From contig JAQGDQ010000102.1 in NCBI GenBank assembly GCA_030141605.1, positions 310,961-374,960 of the forward strand: a stretch of 64,000 nt of DNA, written 5' to 3'. Below, one piece after another: positions 38,969 through 51,510 of this stretch. The position numbers were made by a program, and so were the translations under genes. Below the pieces are notes generated by a model. The model made no database searches. It saw only the letters and a list, made by a program, of their open reading frames with translations, and had not been told where the DNA came from. The DNA comes from Tubiluchus corallicola (taxonomy: Eukaryota > Animalia > Priapulida). The stretch's first letter is position 1, and the number at the start of each line of letters is the position of its first letter.

Positions 38969-39939
38969 GCATAGTATATACTAATAATGCTACTTGCTAC
39001 CTACATTTTCCTGCATTAGTTCAGCAGACTTGGACTTAGATTCAGTATTGGACTTGCGAGTGGTGGACTTGGACTTATTGTACTTCAAGATTTTGGCACT
39101 TTTTTACCCTCTGTTCGTACAAACCATACAACACAAACACATTACACACTGTCACACAATTTGAATTTCTTTTTGTAATAAACTACAGACTATGCTTGAA
39201 CAACTGGAATATGCAAATCTAGAATAATCAAGTAACTGTCCGGAGTGCTGCCATATTTAATGTGCATCTATAGCCCTTTTTACTGGGCTTTTACAAACAA
39301 AAGACCACCCAAGAAGCCTGAAAGGAACTATGGAGTAGATGGTATGGGAGGTCTTTCCAGGTAAATTCCGGGAAAAATACAATGAAACAGCATGAAGTCA
39401 TCCCCAAGCACACATTGTAATGTTTGTAAAAACTTGGAGACACTCGACTGTGACTTGCAGTTCAATGGCAACACTGTAAAAACAAACGTTGAGCAACAAT
39501 CAACATTAGTCATTCACATAAATAACTGCTTACAGATGGGTCAATTTTGTATCTCTAATTTTGCTAACTAACAAACACCATTCGGATTTCTGTTTTACAT
39601 AACTGATAAGTGACCACCAAATAATGTGGAAATGTTTATAAGATGCTGTTATTGCAGATCGACAATTATTCATTAATTTTTGCTGATGAGCTCATTATTT
39701 TAGTAATGAGTAGTGTTAAAGAAATATTGGAGTTGGAGTGATCTGCAAAACACACGACCCCAAAAAGAGAGAAAAGGTTAAAAAAGAAGGCATATAATGT
39801 GCTTACTGAAGCTTTCATCGACTTCGTCTAAGATAAGCGACTGCTGAAAATGATTCTGCAGCATCCTCACAGTCAAAGGTGAACCATCTCGCATATCCGG
39901 CAAATCTAAGACTTCCTTTGCTACTGATGCAGCAGGAAG

Positions 39940-40170
39940 CTGCCGACGCTGATACTGTAAAACAATCTGGACCTAGAAGACGGCTTTGCTTCCCACGTGA
40001 CTTGTAATTGTAAGGAATGTACCAAAAAATCATTTAAAGGGGAATTTGCTAAAGCAAAGGCGTGTTAGTCTGCAGGTGTGTTATTAGTGGACACATAATA
40101 CCCTTTTGTATACAGACAAGCACATGCAAAGATTGTGGAAGACAGCATCCCAATGCTCCATATTGAGACA
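39940..40170 (+). mobile_element. BEL/Pao LTR-retrotransposon gag zinc-knuckle remnant
   Basis: The frameshifted reading CRCVISGHIIPFCIQTSTCKDCGRQHP.LH fits the Cx2Cx4Hx4C-x5-Cx2Cx3H pattern of BEL/Pao gag. Confidence 0.45.
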
Positions 40171-43020
40171 TGTACAAGAATTACCAGAGACTCAATCCCA
40201 AATGTGGAAGTAGGAAGTTACAGGACTATATTGATAATATCTAACTTGTGCTGATTAGACGTCTTCAGTAGGTAAGTATGAGTTGTCAAATCTATTCAAA
40301 ATACTTCAAAACATCATAAATATTCATCTTTGGCAACTAGGGGCCTGGCCAGCACATTGGTTAAACTACCGACAGGATTGGACTCCAGCACTCAAGATCG
40401 CGGCGGCCACTGCTGAACTAAAATGTTAGTTCTTGCTTCTTGCAAGGGCTGGAAAATGTTTTAAGTACTGTTTATTTTCTACGCTTTGTAAATGTTATGT
40501 ACGGGTTATTACCTAGTTATTACTCATTGTCTTACAAGGCGTACAAGCCAGGACACAAATCTGCCCTAAATCTGAGCGAATGCCCAAAAAATATGGGACA
40601 GACTTGATATCATTTGTCCGGTGATTTTTTGACTGTAAAACATCGCAAATTTTTGTGCCATTGGCGCAATCATTCAATCACACTATTAATATTTTTTGTC
40701 AGAAGTATCGATTTTGTGCCACAAACAAAATTTTGAGGTAAATATCACCGCCATCCCCCTAGGCGCGGCTTATATTGTCTCATGTTTAGACTGTAAGATT
40801 TTGACATTATCACTTTCCCCATGATATATTTGTCTATATTTCTGTATCTATCTTCTAGTGCTAATCTACCTGCATCGATAATTCTTTCTCTATTATTTAG
40901 ATATTATGGTTTTGATTACTTGTACTACTCTTCAGTGATAGGATTATGCTGCTACAATAGGAACAGTATTTTGGACTTAGAGAAATTAATTCTGACTGAG
41001 TTTTGTAGTTTTTTCACTTTTGTACTGATATTCATAATCTTCTATGTATAGCCATGAAGCTTATTCATATAAAAAGTATAAAAAATGAACGGATGTATAA
41101 AAATGAACGGATTTCTATTTCATATGTATATACCAAGTGTTGTCAGATTCTTTCGCTAGCAATGACTCTCAATCTTAACAATCGGTACTTCTTTTCTATT
41201 AGAGGGCTTATTGTTTAGTCTTTCCTGGTATCCACTAGCGATTCAGTGTGTAGAGAATGCCCTGAATCAGGGTTGGGCTCGGTACTAGGGGCATGCATGA
41301 TGTCCTGTCCAGAAATCCATCAGAAGAGGCAATTATTCATATTTGTAGTCATATGAAAATTCCGACAGAACTAAACCAATTTAAGATGAAATTCGCAAAT
41401 TTCTGGCAATTTCCATGGCAAAGGAATCTATTGCTACTAGGAATGGAGAGCACTAGTCACAGAAAATGCAGGTTAAACGTGGCTAAACGTCTACTGTCAT
41501 ATACGACCTGAGCCAAGTATGTCTACCTTTTACACATGGGCGGAATTACTATGGAAAGTAAAAAAGTGTGTTGATATGGCAATTTTTTCTAACAGTGCCC
41601 CCTCTATATAATGTCATTCATAATATTATCTCAGCTCGTGCATTTTCATGAAATTTAGAATACAGATTTGTCACTTATAATCCCGCATATAGATAGAAAA
41701 AATATTAAAAAACTACAAAAAAGGCGAATTTTGCTGATTTTTGTGAAATTTTAAAGTGCAAGTACTAAATACTGGAACAGGCTCCAGCGAATTTTCTTTT
41801 TTATATTATTAGTGAGGATGATGGTTAACACATACATGAAAACCAGAAGTTCTGTAGCCCCGCAGTGGGCGAGTTATGAGCCTTACAACTTAACCTCTCC
41901 CTGGACTCCTAACAAAGAGCCGAATTTGAAAAATCCCGTTCTTTGATACCATTAATAGTATGTCAGAAAAAGTTAGGATATCAGAAGACAATGTCTGGGT
42001 CTATGTACCAGCCAACTTACATCGACCCATCTATAATAGTTCCCCCCAAAATAACGATTTTTTGCCTCTTTTGAGGTCAATTTCTTGATGTGGTCATTTC
42101 TCTGCTAATAGTAGCTCGATCGATTTGATATCTTGGTTACATGGTTTTGGGAGGTCGCCCCTCCTGTTAGAAAAAAATGATATAAATTCGTCACCCCTCA
42201 TGTGCCGCCCTCTGCATGGTGCTCTCGCGGACTCCTCCAACACCATGATACCAGTGGAAACATTGGAAAATTCTTACATGTGTTTGAATTTACTTTGACT
42301 AAGAGCAAGCATTATGCAAAATGCACTAGGATTTACAATTTTCTGTTGCTCAGAGCTCAAGTAAAATCATGACATCTTCATGAAAGTTGATCACAACAAA
42401 AAAAAGAATACTTTTTATCAGAGCTGAAATAGATTAAGCCCATCACTCCACAATTACCTCACATTTTAATGAAAGCGAGCGTGGAGCACACAGAACAACA
42501 GAAATGCTGCCTCAGTAGCTGGGGGTAAATCAAAAACTTTATTGGAACATTAGTAAGTGCTTGCGCAATCCTAATATTTCCTCTCCTGTTTTAGCAAAGC
42601 AATATTGGCATAGTTTCCGGAATTGAGGCCAACTATACGTGATTAAGATAACATATTATTAATGGCCCTAACTTTGCGCGCAAATAGAGAGCGACGGAAC
42701 TCCAACAAAACATCACTGGCCAAAGATCAAAGGTCACTAACAAGCGGTCAGTTGTACTGATTGACCTTTTGTGAACATGTAAACAGTGTGGCTTTCAGAA
42801 CAGGTACTTTGCCTTATACTTTATTTTTACACAAGCTGCACTGCTTACGACGTTCTACTTCTAGGTTTATGATTCACTCCTCCAAATCTATCAAGATCTG
42901 CTCAACATCACCGAATTTGTCAAAGAATCATCTGGATACAACAAAAAGAGCGAACTTCAAAATTCTTTGCAAGATTTGACGAAGCTCGTTCTTGTTTCAT
43001 CTTACTCTATGTCGCCAACA

Positions 43021-43523
43021 AAAATACGCGAACGTTCTACCTAGTGTTCGTTTGCTTACCTAACACAAAGCCAGTAGCAGCAGCTTTTACTGAATTAAAG
43101 CTATGAGGTTATAGGCAGAGTATAATGGATGACGTCAGAACAATGGCTTTGCGTCAGCAGTTTTCCAAGCGAAAATTTCCAAAAATAGAACGTCTAATTA
43201 ACTCGTCGGTACTCCTCTTGGTGGACCTGCCTTTACACATACGAATTCTAAATATGCCTATGACACTCACCGCTGAACGGGCTATCTATCATAGCCAGCA
43301 CCACCCATGGCCCGTTCCCGTTCTCCAGATCTCAGCCATATAACTTTTGCAAAAAAACGGCCGAAAAATGGCCATTTTTGGAGGTTTCCCCCCCCCCCCG
43401 TTCGTCCCGGTGGGCCCGATTCGAAAAATAAACCCCCGATGGCACGACACTAGATCGAGACCTTTCGTTTGATGTATAGATCGCCGCAAATTGTGCCATC
43501 GTCGAAGCTGTAGCCTCGAATCT

Positions 43524-43555
<32 letters not shown>

Positions 43556-43594
43556 TACATATATATCACATACCAAGAAAATTAATATATACGA
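43021..43594 (-). mobile_element. 3'-truncated, internally deleted copy of the Helitron family
   Basis: It matches the family core (ATGGATGACGTCA, GGCACGACACTAGATCGAGACC, GTAGCCTCGAATCTTATATA). The 5' end is A|TC at 43594. The hairpin and CTAG end are missing. Confidence 0.85.
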
Positions 43595-46448
43595 TGTATC
43601 GTGGAAAAACGCTGAGAGAAAACTCTGCAGTGCAAGTCTCAACCAAGGCCAGTGACGTAAAAAAATTTAATGATCCACATGGTAAGATGGCGAGAACGGC
43701 CACAGAACTGCGGACAAATTTTTCACCGTAAATGACCAACAATAAAAGCCAAAGAATTTGAAAGAAACCCTTGCTATTGGCAGAAAAAAACACAATGCTT
43801 CCTTGACAGAAGTAACAACATGTCAGAAGTCATTCTGCCTACCGCATGTGAATATTTGTCTGTTTTTTCTAAACATATGTGTTCAACTCCTATATCCTTG
43901 AATGAGGAAGTAGTATAACTTTAGTTTTCCCAGAACAGAAAATAGTGTTTAATGCATCGCGAGCGCACAGCAGGATAAAAAAATTTCAATACAAATTTTA
44001 ACAATTTCATGTGTTATTTCTCAGCTTTAAATAAATAATTTAAATAGCTTTAAAGAAAGTTTAAAGAGAACTTTATTAACTATTTCGGGTATTAATTACT
44101 TCAAGTTTTAATTAGAGAATTTTAATACTTTTAAAGAGTTTTATCGAAACTGTTCTGATGAGTGTAGCATCGGAAGCTTATCTATAAAAGAAATCATGAA
44201 ACATGTTTACTCCACAGCTGTTATTTTTCAAATTTTAAATACATCATATGTGCTTCTAAAACTTAAAAAATAATTGCACACAGTTAACAAAGTTATAGGT
44301 GGCCTATAGATAAGCTTCCTGTCAATACATCTTCACCAGACAAAAACTGAGATTCCATTTGAGCATCTCATGGTAATTCAAACATGGCCTGAGCTAAAGT
44401 AGATAATTAAACTTTAGGACTAGACTCAATAATAGCAAAGCACAAAAATTGCAATAAAAAGCTCTGTGTACAAATATTTAATAACACATCACTTTAAGTA
44501 GGATGGAACACACAACGAATGTGACTTAAATGTCTAGAGTAACGACAGCGATGACAACACTGCTGCAGCCAAAAACAACAGAATCAGCAACAGCAGCATC
44601 TGTAGTAATGCCAACCGATATGCCCTGTTCAGTGAAAAAAATTACTGACACCCACAATCAACAAGAACAAAAACAACAAAAAATACATTGTACGTGGTCA
44701 CTGTTGTTAACAACATCAAGAACAACTGCAATACTATCATCATCGGCAACAACAACAGCAACAGGAGCAGCAACACTGACAAACATATACTGGGATGGAA
44801 GATTTTCGATCGTCTCTGGGGAATGCGAGTCACAAAAGTGTAATAAGTACAACAGCTACTGTTGGTAACAACATGGCAACTCTTTATTACTTACGATATT
44901 TTGGTACAGTCTTGCATTATCAAAGAGTTCTTACAAGCCTAGAAATATACATTAAATTATAAACTAATGAAGGCCACTACCCTGCATAATTGCTGCATAA
45001 TCAATAGCCACCCAAACTACTTTTGCTTTAGCTGGTTTGATAAAGTGCGCTGACGGTGCTACAAGGCTGCATCAATACGTAAGCAAGAAAAATATACCTA
45101 TCCACAGTACCCTGCATTATTTAGCCTGGAAAGTGTTATACCTGTGGCTGCTGTGTTATACCTGCAGCAGGTATGTTAACTGACAGAGAAAGAGGAACAC
45201 AAAGCAGTAAGATCATGATTAAAGTAAATCATAAAATAAAATTGAAAATACTTTCTCGAATACTCTAAAAGGCATAAATATACAGCTAAGCACGAGGGAT
45301 GTGTTTCGCGATTGTGCCATGATGGTCATGGTACAACTCAAAATTTCTGTTGCCTCTTTTTAACGGTTCTGTGATTGTGGTCAGTGGTTTTATGCTTCCG
45401 TTTTCCCATGTTTTTTATTTGCTGAACCGCTGTATTTTTACCGTTTTTTATTTGTGTGCTTCTGTGTTTTTTCAATGTGAATGTATCATTTTTAGTGCAA
45501 TAATGTTATGTTAATGATATCAAATTTTCGCAAAAATAATATTAGTACAGTATGTGATCTTGCAAGAAATATATGGTCCTAAAATATCAATAAGGTTCAA
45601 TCTGAAACTTGGGGTTAATTTTGTATGATTTAAAATACTTTGACAGTATACTGCAACAGTGGGGTTTACCAGACAACCGGAATGCATTTTGTCGTTATCC
45701 AGCTGCGAAACAGCTGGGGACTAAATAACACAATGGTTTTTATCAGGCGTCCCAAAGGAAATGATCAAGCAGAGCTGCTTCACGGAACTTGCGTGTTGAC
45801 AACGATATCACCATTGCCGTAGGAACTTACCTTGGAAAAAAATAAACAAAGTCACAAATGAGGAGTCCATTCATTGTGACAAACGAGGACGAAAAGAGGA
45901 GTGTATAATACTTTTGTTTAAGAGCTGGGTCTAGAGTGTAGACGATGGAATGTTTCAGCAATCTTTCAGAGTGACATGGGAGCAGTTTGCCCCGCTCTTG
46001 TTTATTCTGCTTCAGTACTTGATAAAATTTCACGTAGCATATAAAATTATACGTGAAAAACAATATTTAGCCATTTGCATAAGGCAATTTTAATTAGTAC
46101 AACAGTACTAATGATACTAAAATGTAATAAACCAATTTTTGAAGCCATACTTGACCAAAAGGAAAATGATAAGAATAATAAGAAAACTGTTCCCACAGAC
46201 CTGGATTTGCACCATAATCTAGTGGATTGCAGTCATTATTGCTACAGATTAATCAAAAGAGCCCATCCAATGCCAAGCCCAGCAGCTATTTAAATATGTC
46301 TGTAGACATTAACCGTTTGTACCAAAATACATAATGTACGGAGTTTATCGATAAAAACTAGACTGTGGAAACAATTACTTATTGACATTTGAATCTAACA
46401 TTATTTTTTTAGTTTATGATTGTTTCATTATATTTATGTTTTTATAGG

Positions 46449-46965
46449 ATAAATTGTCAAGAAAGGATTCTACATTCAAACGATTCTTCGCAAGAGCCAA
46501 ATATATTTATAGAAACTTCAGGATTTTCACTAAATTGTGAAGACAACGCTGAATATGATGGAGATCATGACAATGAAGAAGAAAAGAAACCAACACCATG
46601 AAAATGCAAGGAAGCACAAGAAGCAACGAGTACTATGGAAAATTTGAAATTTTGTCTGACCACGACACTGCATGTGGCTGGGTGTCCATTGGAACAACTG
46701 TAAGCGCATATGTAGAATGTGACGATAATAGATGCGAAGCAGACTTCAGAAGACAATGGAGAGCAAGGTTCGCCGAGGCAAAGGTCATACGATTAATAAG
46801 AAATGAGAGAATGAGAAGAAAGTACGGTGCCAACATTATGGAGAAGAAAGAAAGTAGCAAGTACCAAGAGAAAGACCATGAGAGAAGATTAGAAAAGCTT
46901 GCAGACATGTGAGGAGTTATTTGAGAAAGAATAGGATGGAAATAGCTGAAATGTTTGTGGCGTGA
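46449..46965 (+). pseudogene. Orphan gene family copy 1 (start ATG>ATA, stop/frameshift near 46599)
   Basis: Acceptor tttatAG|G ATA. The translation INCQERILHSNDS...GKFEILSDHDTACGWVSIGTTVSAYVECDD...NERMRRKY aligns with the ORF at 47440-48045. Confidence 0.65.
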
Positions 46966-47171
46966 CTGGAGTCTGCCTCATTGTCAAGGATATCCCTCTA
47001 ACAAGAGTGACTGAACCGGCAGGAGTGTCTCAGCCATATTTGAACCTGTATGTATGCTCTATCTGAGAGGTAATTAGCCATGGTTTACATGTAATAATGC
47101 CCAGAGCTAGTATCGAACTCACACCACTCGCATGAAGCAGACGAATGCTGCCGCTTGACCAACTCTACCAT
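46960..47171 (-). mobile_element. tRNA-derived SINE-like element, copy 1
   Basis: The minus strand reads TGGTAGAGTTGGTCAAGCG (A-box-like)...GAGTTCGATAC (B-box-like) at 47170-47098. It does not form an intact cloverleaf. Confidence 0.4.
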
Positions 47172-47439
47172 AAAAAGTATTTATATATGCATATATATAA
47201 ATATAACGTGAAAAGCAGTGATGGTTGATACTGGTTAGTCAAATGGGATCATCCAATGCAAAGCTCAGTAGATATTTGAATATGTCCACATTAACTATCT
47301 GCGCAATAGTGCAATAGAATTTATCGATATACGCCAGACGCCAAAATTGTTACTTATTTGAATAATATAACATTAATATTTCAATGTAGCAGCATTTTTT
47401 AGTATACGATTGCTTCATTACTTCTGTGTTTTTTACAGG

Positions 47440-48045
47440 ATGAATTGTGAAGAAAGGTTTGTGCTTTCCAGTGATTCCCTGCAAGATTCGATCCACATAT
47501 TTATAGGAATTTCCACATTTAAAGTAAATTTTGATGACAGCGTGGAATACGACGGAGATGATGACGAAGGAGAAAACAAGAAAATAACACCAAGAAAGGA
47601 AAAGAAAATAAAGATGCAAAAGCGAAGGAGAAACACAAGAAACAACGACACCCGTGGTAAGTTTGAAACTTCTTCTGGCCAAGGCACTGCAAGTGGGTGG
47701 GTGTTCCTTGGCACCACAATTGTATTTGCACATATAGAAAGCGATGACAGGGGGTATGAAGGGGACTACAGGAGACGTTACAGTGCTAATTTTATTGAGA
47801 AGAAGGTTATGCAAATGAGAAGAACAGAAAGGATGAGAAGAAAGTATGATGTCTACACTATGGAGAGAAGGGAACAAGGTGTGCAAGCACATAGAGAAAG
47901 ACCACGAGATAGGGTTAGAAGAGCTTGTAGGCGAGTGAGGAGTTACTTGAGAAAGAAGAGGATGGACATTGCAGAAGTGCTCACCAAAGTGACTGAAGCG
48001 ATTGCAGATGTAGGGCAGTGCCTTGGTCAGTGTATTCTTCATTAA
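47440..48045 (+). CDS. Orphan protein, 201 aa: acidic patch, Lys/Arg-rich segments, ends in CILH
   Basis: An intact ORF directly follows the acceptor ttttacAG|G ATG. There are three paralogous copies nearby. A conserved CCAAT plus TATTT(A/G)AATA cassette lies upstream. I do not recognise the family. Confidence 0.55.
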   Translation: MNCEERFVLSSDSLQDSIHIFIGISTFKVNFDDSVEYDGDDDEGENKKITPRKEKKIKMQKRRRNTRNNDTRGKFETSSGQGTASGWVFLGTTIVFAHIESDDRGYEGDYRRRYSANFIEKKVMQMRRTERMRRKYDVYTMERREQGVQAHRERPRDRVRRACRRVRSYLRKKRMDIAEVLTKVTEAIADVGQCLGQCILH

Positions 48046-48224
48046 TTGGTAACTGTCAGTGTTTCTTTACACTTATCCAAGCAGATTAGTAAGTGAACTG
48101 GTACCCGATATAACAACTAGGGTTGTGCCAGGGAATGTGAATTGGGCGAAGACCACACGAATGCAGCCTGTCTTGGATAAGACAAAGAAGATGCGCTACA
48201 CCATTAATGTCGGTTGCAGAATAG

Positions 48225-48590
48225 AAAAAAGCATGAGAAGCACAAGAAACAACAACAACTGCGAAAAGTTTGAAATTTTGTCTGTCCAAGGCACTGCAAA
48301 AGGGCGTGTTCATTTGAACAACAAGTGTAAGTGCATATGTAGAAAGTGACGATAGTGGATATGAAAGCGACTGTACAAGAGGACATATTGCCAAGTTCGC
48401 CAAGAAGGTCATGCAATTAAAAATAAATGAGAGAATGAGAAGGAAGTATAGTGCCTACATTTTGGAGATGAAAGAAAGTAGCAAGTACCAAGAGAAAGAC
48501 CATCAGAGAGGATTAGAAAAGCTTGCAGACGTGTGAGGAGTTATTTAAGAAAGAAAAGGGTAGAAATAGCTGAAATGTTTGTGGCGTGAC
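48225..48590 (+). pseudogene. Orphan gene family copy 3 (5'-truncated, frameshifted)
   Basis: MRSTRNNNNCEKFEILSVQGTAKG.. and AYVESDDSGYESD..NERMRRKY. The 3' part is nearly identical to copy 1. Confidence 0.6.
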
Positions 48591-48794
48591 TGGAGTCTGC
48601 CTCATTGTAAAGGATATCCCTCTAACATGAGTGACTGAACCGGCAGGAGTGTCTCAGCCATATTTGAACCTGTATGTATGCTCTATCTGAGAATTAATTA
48701 GCCATGGTTTACAGGTAATAATTCCCAGAGCTAGTATCGAACTCACACCACTCGCATGAAGCAGATGAATGCTGCCGCTTAACCAACTCTACCA
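48584..48794 (-). mobile_element. tRNA-derived SINE-like element, copy 2 (co-duplicated)
   Basis: Near-identical to 46960-47171. Confidence 0.4.
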
Positions 48795-49135
48795 TAACAA
48801 CCATAAAATGTATTTATATATGCATATATATATATATGTATATACATATGCAAGTTATATATATATATATACATATATAACGTGAAAAGCAGTGATGGTT
48901 GATACTGGTTATCAACCAGTATCATCCAATGCAATGCTAACTGATCAATGGGATCATCCAATGCAAAGCTCAGTAGATATTTGAATATGTCCACATTAAC
49001 TATCTGTGCAATAGTGCAATAGAATTTATCGATATACGCTAGACGCAAAACTTATTTGAATAATATAACATTACTATTTCATTGTAGCAGCATTTTTAGC
49101 ATACGATTGCTTCATTACTTCTGTGTTTTTACAGG

Positions 49136-49591
49136 ATGAATTGTGAAGAAGGGAATGTGCTTTCCAGTGATTCCCTGCAAGATTCGATGCACATATTTAT
49201 AGGAATTTACACATTTAAAGTACATTTTGATGACAGCGTGGAATACGACGAAGGAGAAGAAAAGAAAATAACACCAAGAAAGGAAAAGAAAATAAAGATG
49301 CAAAAGAGAAGGAGAAACACAAGAAAAAACGACAACCGTGGTAAGTTTGAAACTTCTTCTGGCCAAGGCACTGCAAGTGGGTGGGTGTTCCGTGGCACCA
49401 CAATTGTATTTGCGCATATAGAAAGTGATGACAGGGGGTATGAAGGGGACTACAGAAGATGTTACAGTGCTAATTTTACTGAGAAGAAGGTTATGCGAAT
49501 GAGAAGAACAGAAAGGATGAGAAGAAAGTATGATGTCTACACTATGGAGAGAAGGGAACAAGGTGTGCAAGCACAAAGAGAAAGAGCTTAA
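49136..49591 (+). pseudogene. Orphan gene family copy 4 (151 aa, C-terminus deleted)
   Basis: Near-identical to 47440-47900, then fused at ~49586 to spacer sequence (GCTTAACCAACTCTACC), which supplies the stop. Confidence 0.6.
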
Positions 49592-51371
49592 CCAACTCTA
49601 CCATAAGAACCATAAAATGTATTTATATATGCATATATACATATATATATAACGTGAAAAGCAGTGATGGTTGATACTGGTTAGTCAAATGGGATCTGGT
49701 TACTGATATTATTGATACCGATACTGAAACTGCAGTATTGCAAGGGAATGTGATTAGGCAAAGGCCGAATGAATGCAACCTGTCTGAAATAAACACACTT
49801 GGAAACACATTTGCGTTATGAGACACCTGACTTCGTTTCATGGTTTTTATGTCTGCAAGTCAGCACTTATCCAGGAAAGTTTATTAACATCACTGAGAGG
49901 GTCTGACTGCCAGGTGCAAACCAAAGTTCTTAAAATATCAGATTGAAAAAATATTAAAAAAATGAAGAAAAATCTGAGAAAACCATAAGCTGTACAAAAT
50001 TGCACTAATAAAAAAACAGAGGAACCCGATTCTCTTAAAAAATGGATTAATAAGAAAACACAGAGATGAGTAGCCTATGTGGATCAGCTTTAGGAATCAA
50101 AATAATTTATAAAATGAATAATTATATACTGAATGAGAGAAAAAAGAGCATGCAAGAGAGTAAGAGAAAGAAGAGGAATAAAACTGGTATTCATTAATTT
50201 TTTCAGGATTCTGAAGCAAAATTACATCACCTTTTTCACTGAATATAAAAACAAAAAAAACACATTTACGAATGCAAACACCACAATAGGTGGTTGTGAG
50301 CAAGAACAGAATCCCCCAATACCTCTAAGATACCTCGATGAGTCACTGAACCAGTGAAAATGTCTTTGCCATGTTAGCATATATATGGATTCTCCCTCTA
50401 TAGAGGTAGACAGCCAGAAGCAGTATGGCGAATGAAACTCGCCAGAGTATTATGCTGGCATCAGCCGTTCGTTTATTGAACACCTTTGGTGCCCATCTTA
50501 ATTTTGGTTGCAAAGTATATACTGTTACCACTTGGCTATTTTTCTTTTCACATACGCAATTTGAACATGGCACTGGTATTACGTTTCGATTTCACATAGA
50601 GCCATGTTGTATTTGTGAAATTTACAAAAGCATCTTATTAACTGAAATAAGAACAAATAATCCCAGAATGTAAAGCATTTGGGTTATATGCTTCCCGCAC
50701 ATGCGTGCACGTACATTTTGATTACACGTATTTGTAAAAGGTGCAAACTTTAGCAACATGCTATATTTCGAATCCCCCAAATCATTCAACAGTTTTTCTA
50801 CATTAGTGCTCTATTGCGATGTAGCAATTTAACACCCCATGCCGCCCACACCATGTCACGCCACAAAACAACAGCAACAAAAAAAAATTGGTGAAGTTGA
50901 ACAGTGTGAAGTGGAAAAGACACAAATATACACCCACTGAGGACCAATAATGAACGAACAGTCTACATAGTCCTTGCTTTGCAGATTATAGACACATCTT
51001 TGCAAATGGCATCAATCCAAATTTTTGTGAAAATTTAGTTGTTTTCTCATAATTTTAATTAATGAATATAGGTGCAAAGTTTTGTATTACATTAATCACA
51101 AGATAGGTATATCACAGAGAAATGAATGGCTTTATAGAGTTATTCGCAAGCGCATACATAATGGAAAAAATTTGCGTTTCTGTAACTTTTGGAATAAGAT
51201 TTAAGCTTTCTCACCTGGTGGGCTGACATACGTTCTCATACATACCCCCAACCGAAGAATAGCATGTATCATCCCTTTACTTTTCCTCCAATCCACTGCA
51301 CCACTGAAAAATAAACCAGGATTTCGTCAAACTTGCTTACTGGTTTTTAAGATTCAAAACAAGTTCACAAC

Positions 51372-51510
51372 GGGCCAATTTTAAAATCTTACAGGCCAAT
51401 TTTATGGCCAATTTCACGATCTTACTGGGCCAAGTCTACAATCTTACTGAGTTAATTTCACAATCTTATTAGCCAATTTCACAATGTTTGGCCAATTTTA
51501 CAATCATACG
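51372..51510. repeat. Degenerate ~22-bp tandem repeat (GGCCAATTTTACAATCTTAC)
   Basis: About six imperfect copies. Confidence 0.75.

Noticed and set aside
44530-44868. Thr-rich 112-aa ORF as a second mucin
   Set aside because: It is short and ACA-repeat-derived, with no signal peptide and no convincing splice sites.
47098-47170. Functional tRNA gene
   Set aside because: Only the A/B-box-like motifs remain; the acceptor and anticodon stems do not pair.
47350-48042. 230-aa minus-strand ORF over the orphan gene
   Set aside because: It is the antisense of a purine-rich frame. The acceptor, start context and paralog conservation all favour the plus strand.
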